64,000 bases of DNA from Phallusia mammillata (Eukaryota): assembly GCA_965637545.1 (NCBI GenBank), contig OZ281499.1:26164001-26228000 (forward strand), written 5' to 3'. The notes under the pieces are model-generated. The model saw nothing but the letters and a program-made list of their open reading frames with translations. It was not told the origin of the DNA and did no database searches. Made by a program: the position numbers and the translations under genes. Shown here piece by piece: positions 60,670-64,000 of this stretch; the first letter of the stretch is position 1; each line of letters begins with the position of its first letter.

Positions 60670-63600
60670 TGTAGGCACGCTTGTTTTACATCCGTTTATT
60701 GCGAGACACTGAATAGAATGAAGCGTGCACACAATCCAACATCGCAAGTACTGTCGCGAGTCGCGTGTCGCGTGTAATTTAAAGATACGCTACAATACCC
60801 CCCACCAGTGTTCAAGTCATACACGATAACGCAAAGGTAAATTAATAACACGACCAGAGCGCGTCACTGTTGGATGGGGAGATACGATAGGAGGAGAAAC
60901 AGGTACAACACGATTGGTAAATTCTTGCGACGTAAAACTTTGTTCAATATGGGCGGGTTTTAAACGGTCAATTGACACAGTGTCTTGTCGCCCATTAATT
61001 TCAAGACAAAAGTATTTAGCGTGCTTTTGAATAACTCTAAATGGACCGTCATAGGGACATTGTAAGGGTGTACGGTGCGCATCGTTTCGAACAAAAACAA
61101 AACTGCAATTGCGTAATAAGCTGGGCACTCTGTTATGAGAATGTCGATGCCAGGTTGTCGGGGTCGGTCGCAAATCCCTCATTGTTTCTCGTAGTTTTGA
61201 GAGAAACGACGTTGGATCTTGTGGTTCACTTGACGACGTGAAAAACTCCCCGGGCAACTGTAGTGTACCACCATACACCAATTCGGCGGTTGAACATCCA
61301 ATATCTTCCTTAACAGCAGATCTCATTCCGAGCAGTACGAGTGGAAGATGGTCCATCCAATCGGTGGTTGTTAAGCGTGCTTTTAAAGCGGCTTTTAGCT
61401 GACAATGCATTCGTTCCACAATGCCGTTACATTGGGCATGGTAGGAGGTTGCTCGTTGTCGATGGGCACCCAATAACATACTAAGGTTGGCCCAAAGTGT
61501 TGACTCGAACTGACGACCTCTATCTGAAGTAATGGTCTGAGGCGTTCCGAAACGTGAGACCCAAGAGAGTAGAGCTCTTGCGCAAGACTGCGCTGTTGCG
61601 TCAGTCATGGGGAAAGCTTCTGGCCATCTAGTGAATCGGTCGATGCACGTGAATAAGTAAGTGCATCCCCGAGAAACGGGAAGAGGTCCGACAATGTCCA
61701 CATGTATATCAGCAAACCTTCTGGTTGGCAGTGAAAAAGAGCTGTAAGCAGCAGCTGTATGTTGTTGGATTTTAGCTTTTTGACATTGTAGACAGGTTCG
61801 TGCCCAGTTACCAACATCTTTGTTCAAACCATGCCACACAAAACGGTCTGAGACCAGTTTACGGCTTGCACGTATGCCTGGATGTGACAAATTATGAATC
61901 GCCTGGTAGGTTTGGCGACGATACGCATAGGGTACAACAGGACGGGGGTACCCTTTAGAAATATCACAAAGAATCGTTAACTCTGTTCCAAACAAAGGTA
62001 CATCACACAAATTAAGTGACGTGACCGAGGTGCGATATGCAATAATTTCTTCATTATTTTGTTGTGCAAGTGCCATTTGAGCGAAATCAATTGCAGATGA
62101 TGTTGTAGCATTAATGCTGGCTCTCGACAATGCGTCAGCAGCAAAATTACTTTTACCCTTTATGTGCTGTATATCAGTAGTAAACTCTGAAATAAAGCAC
62201 AAATGGCGAACTTGTCGAGGTGACAATGCAGTAGAGTTTCGTTGGAACACATGAATTAAGGGCTTGTGGTCAGTAAAAATAGCAAACACCCTGCCTTCAA
62301 CAAAATAACGAAAGTGGCGAATAGATAAATAAATAGCAAGAAGCTCGCGATCAAATGTACTGTACTGTGTTTCTGCGGGTTTAAGTTTTCTTGAAAAGAA
62401 ACCTATTGGTTTCCATTCCCCGTTGTGGCGTTGTTCCAGTGAAGCGCCAACCGCAGTGCCTGAAGCATCTGTTGTGATTCGTGTAGGCGCGTCAGCCTTA
62501 GGGTGAACAAGCATCACTGATTTTGCCAGGGCTTGTTTTGATGCCTTGAATGCAGTTGTGCAATCCTCTGTCCATTCAAAAGTTTTCTCTGTGCCTGTAA
62601 GTGCCTGGTGCAGGGAATGCAAAATTTTTGCGGCACCAGGGACAAAACGATGGTAGAAATTTACTAGTCCCAAATATTCTCTTAGACTTTTCTTGGACGT
62701 TGGTTGAGGAAATTTTTGGATGGCTTCCACCCTGTTTAAGAGTGGAGAAATGCCTTGGGTGGTGATTTGATGTCCCAAAAAGGCTATTGTTGTGCATCCG
62801 AATTCACATTTGTCAGGAATCACAACAATCCCATAGGTTTGAAGCCGTTTGAAAAGCAAACGCAAATGTCTACGGTGAGCAGACGCCGAAGGGCTGAAAA
62901 CCAAAATGTCATCGAGATAGACAAAAACAAAATCTAAACCTCTGCACACCTCATCCATAAATCGCTGAAACGTCTGAGCAGCATTGCAGAGGCCAAAGGG
63001 CATTCATGTGTATTCGAATAATCCAAAAGAGGGTGATAATTGCGGTTTTGTAAATATCCTCTTTAGCAACCGGAATGTGGTGATATGCTCTGACAAGGTC
63101 AATCTTGCTAAAAATTGTCGCACCATGTAGATTAGCTGAAGAATCTTGTATTAAAGGAATTGGGTAGCGATCAGGAATAGTGCTTTTGTTAAGCTTGCGG
63201 TAATCGCCACATGGCCTCCATTGGCCAGACTTTTTGAGCACCATGTGCAGTGGAGAGGCCCATGTACTTGGTGAACGGCGAACAATCCCTAAATCCAACA
63301 AGTTTTGAAACTCTGCTTTAGCACATTTTAGCTTGTCTGGAGATAGCCGACGAGCTTTGGCATAAGCGGGAGGACCATTGGTAACAATGTAGTGCTTGAC
63401 GTTGTGTTTCAAGGAAGCATCATTGTATACCGCACTTTGCAAAGCTGGGAATTCCATAAAAATAGCTTCAAATTAATTTCTGTTGTTGGTTGCGGCAAAC
63501 AAGCCAAGCGCGGCAGTGTTAGAAATGCCAGTTTTGACGCTGACAAATGTTTTGGCATTTATTAATCTATTTCGACTGAGATCAATAAGTAAACCAAAAT

Positions 63601-64000
63601 GTCGAAAGAAATCGGCGCCAAGAATCGGCTGCGTGACCTCGGCGATGCTAAAATTCCATGAAAAGATTTCACCCAAACCTAAATTAAGGTTAATTTTTCT
63701 GGTGCCAAATGTTGCAATGGTACTTCCGTTTGCTGCAACAAGCTTTAGGTTTCGTTGGCAAGTATTGCGATCTATCCGGTTTGCAGGAATAACACTTACT
63801 GCGGCACCAGAATCAACCAAAAATGTCCGACCAGTTGCTTGGTCATTTACATGCAGAAGGCGGCGAAAATGACCAGCGGCACCAGCCGCCATTAGTGGCT
63901 GGTCTCCACGTTTCCCTTGCGGCTACAAGGCGAAACACACTTTCTTGCATTATCCCCCCAGCGTCTGTGGTACCAACACAACGTGGGAAACGTGCTTCTT
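60670..64000 (-). mobile_element. Gypsy-2, copy B, cut by the window end
   Basis: 3' LTR at 60670-60794; pol at 60817-63892 with a TAA at 63473-63475 and a frameshift near 63030. Confidence 0.93.

Larger units (their letters stand above)
46748..64000 (+). repeat. Second unit of a large direct tandem duplication, colinear with 1 to about 41068 minus insertions
   Basis: TAGTGAATATGTG at 1 and 46748; same order of gene, Harbinger, P-like element and Gypsy-2, with scattered SNPs and small indels. Confidence 0.95.

Overview
This is AT-rich animal genomic DNA with short GT-AG introns; an invertebrate such as an ascidian is a guess, not something the sequence shows. The window holds about 1.4 copies of a tandemly repeated unit (position 1 corresponds to 46748). 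Each unit carries a secreted, probably GPI-anchored gene made of tandem Ly6/uPAR-like (three-finger) cysteine repeats, a PIF/Harbinger transposon containing a nested P-like element, and a small CsRn1-like Gypsy element. In unit 1 the Harbinger has grown from about 6.2 kb to 30.4 kb through insertion of a CR1/L2-group LINE, a solo LTR and a 19.3-kb LTR-internal-LTR-internal-LTR Gypsy tandem. The empty sites in unit 2 define every junction and target-site duplication (TSD). The most interesting object is the large Gypsy element. Besides an intact gag-pol it has (i) an env-like gene whose residue pattern aligns by eye with herpesvirus gB-type class III fusion proteins, now internally deleted and filled with a 45-bp tandem array, (ii) a 269-aa ORF that starts inside the LTR and reads through the primer-binding site (PBS), and (iii) a complete set of intron signals between that ORF and gag. 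All homology calls are by-eye motif recognition; no database search was run.
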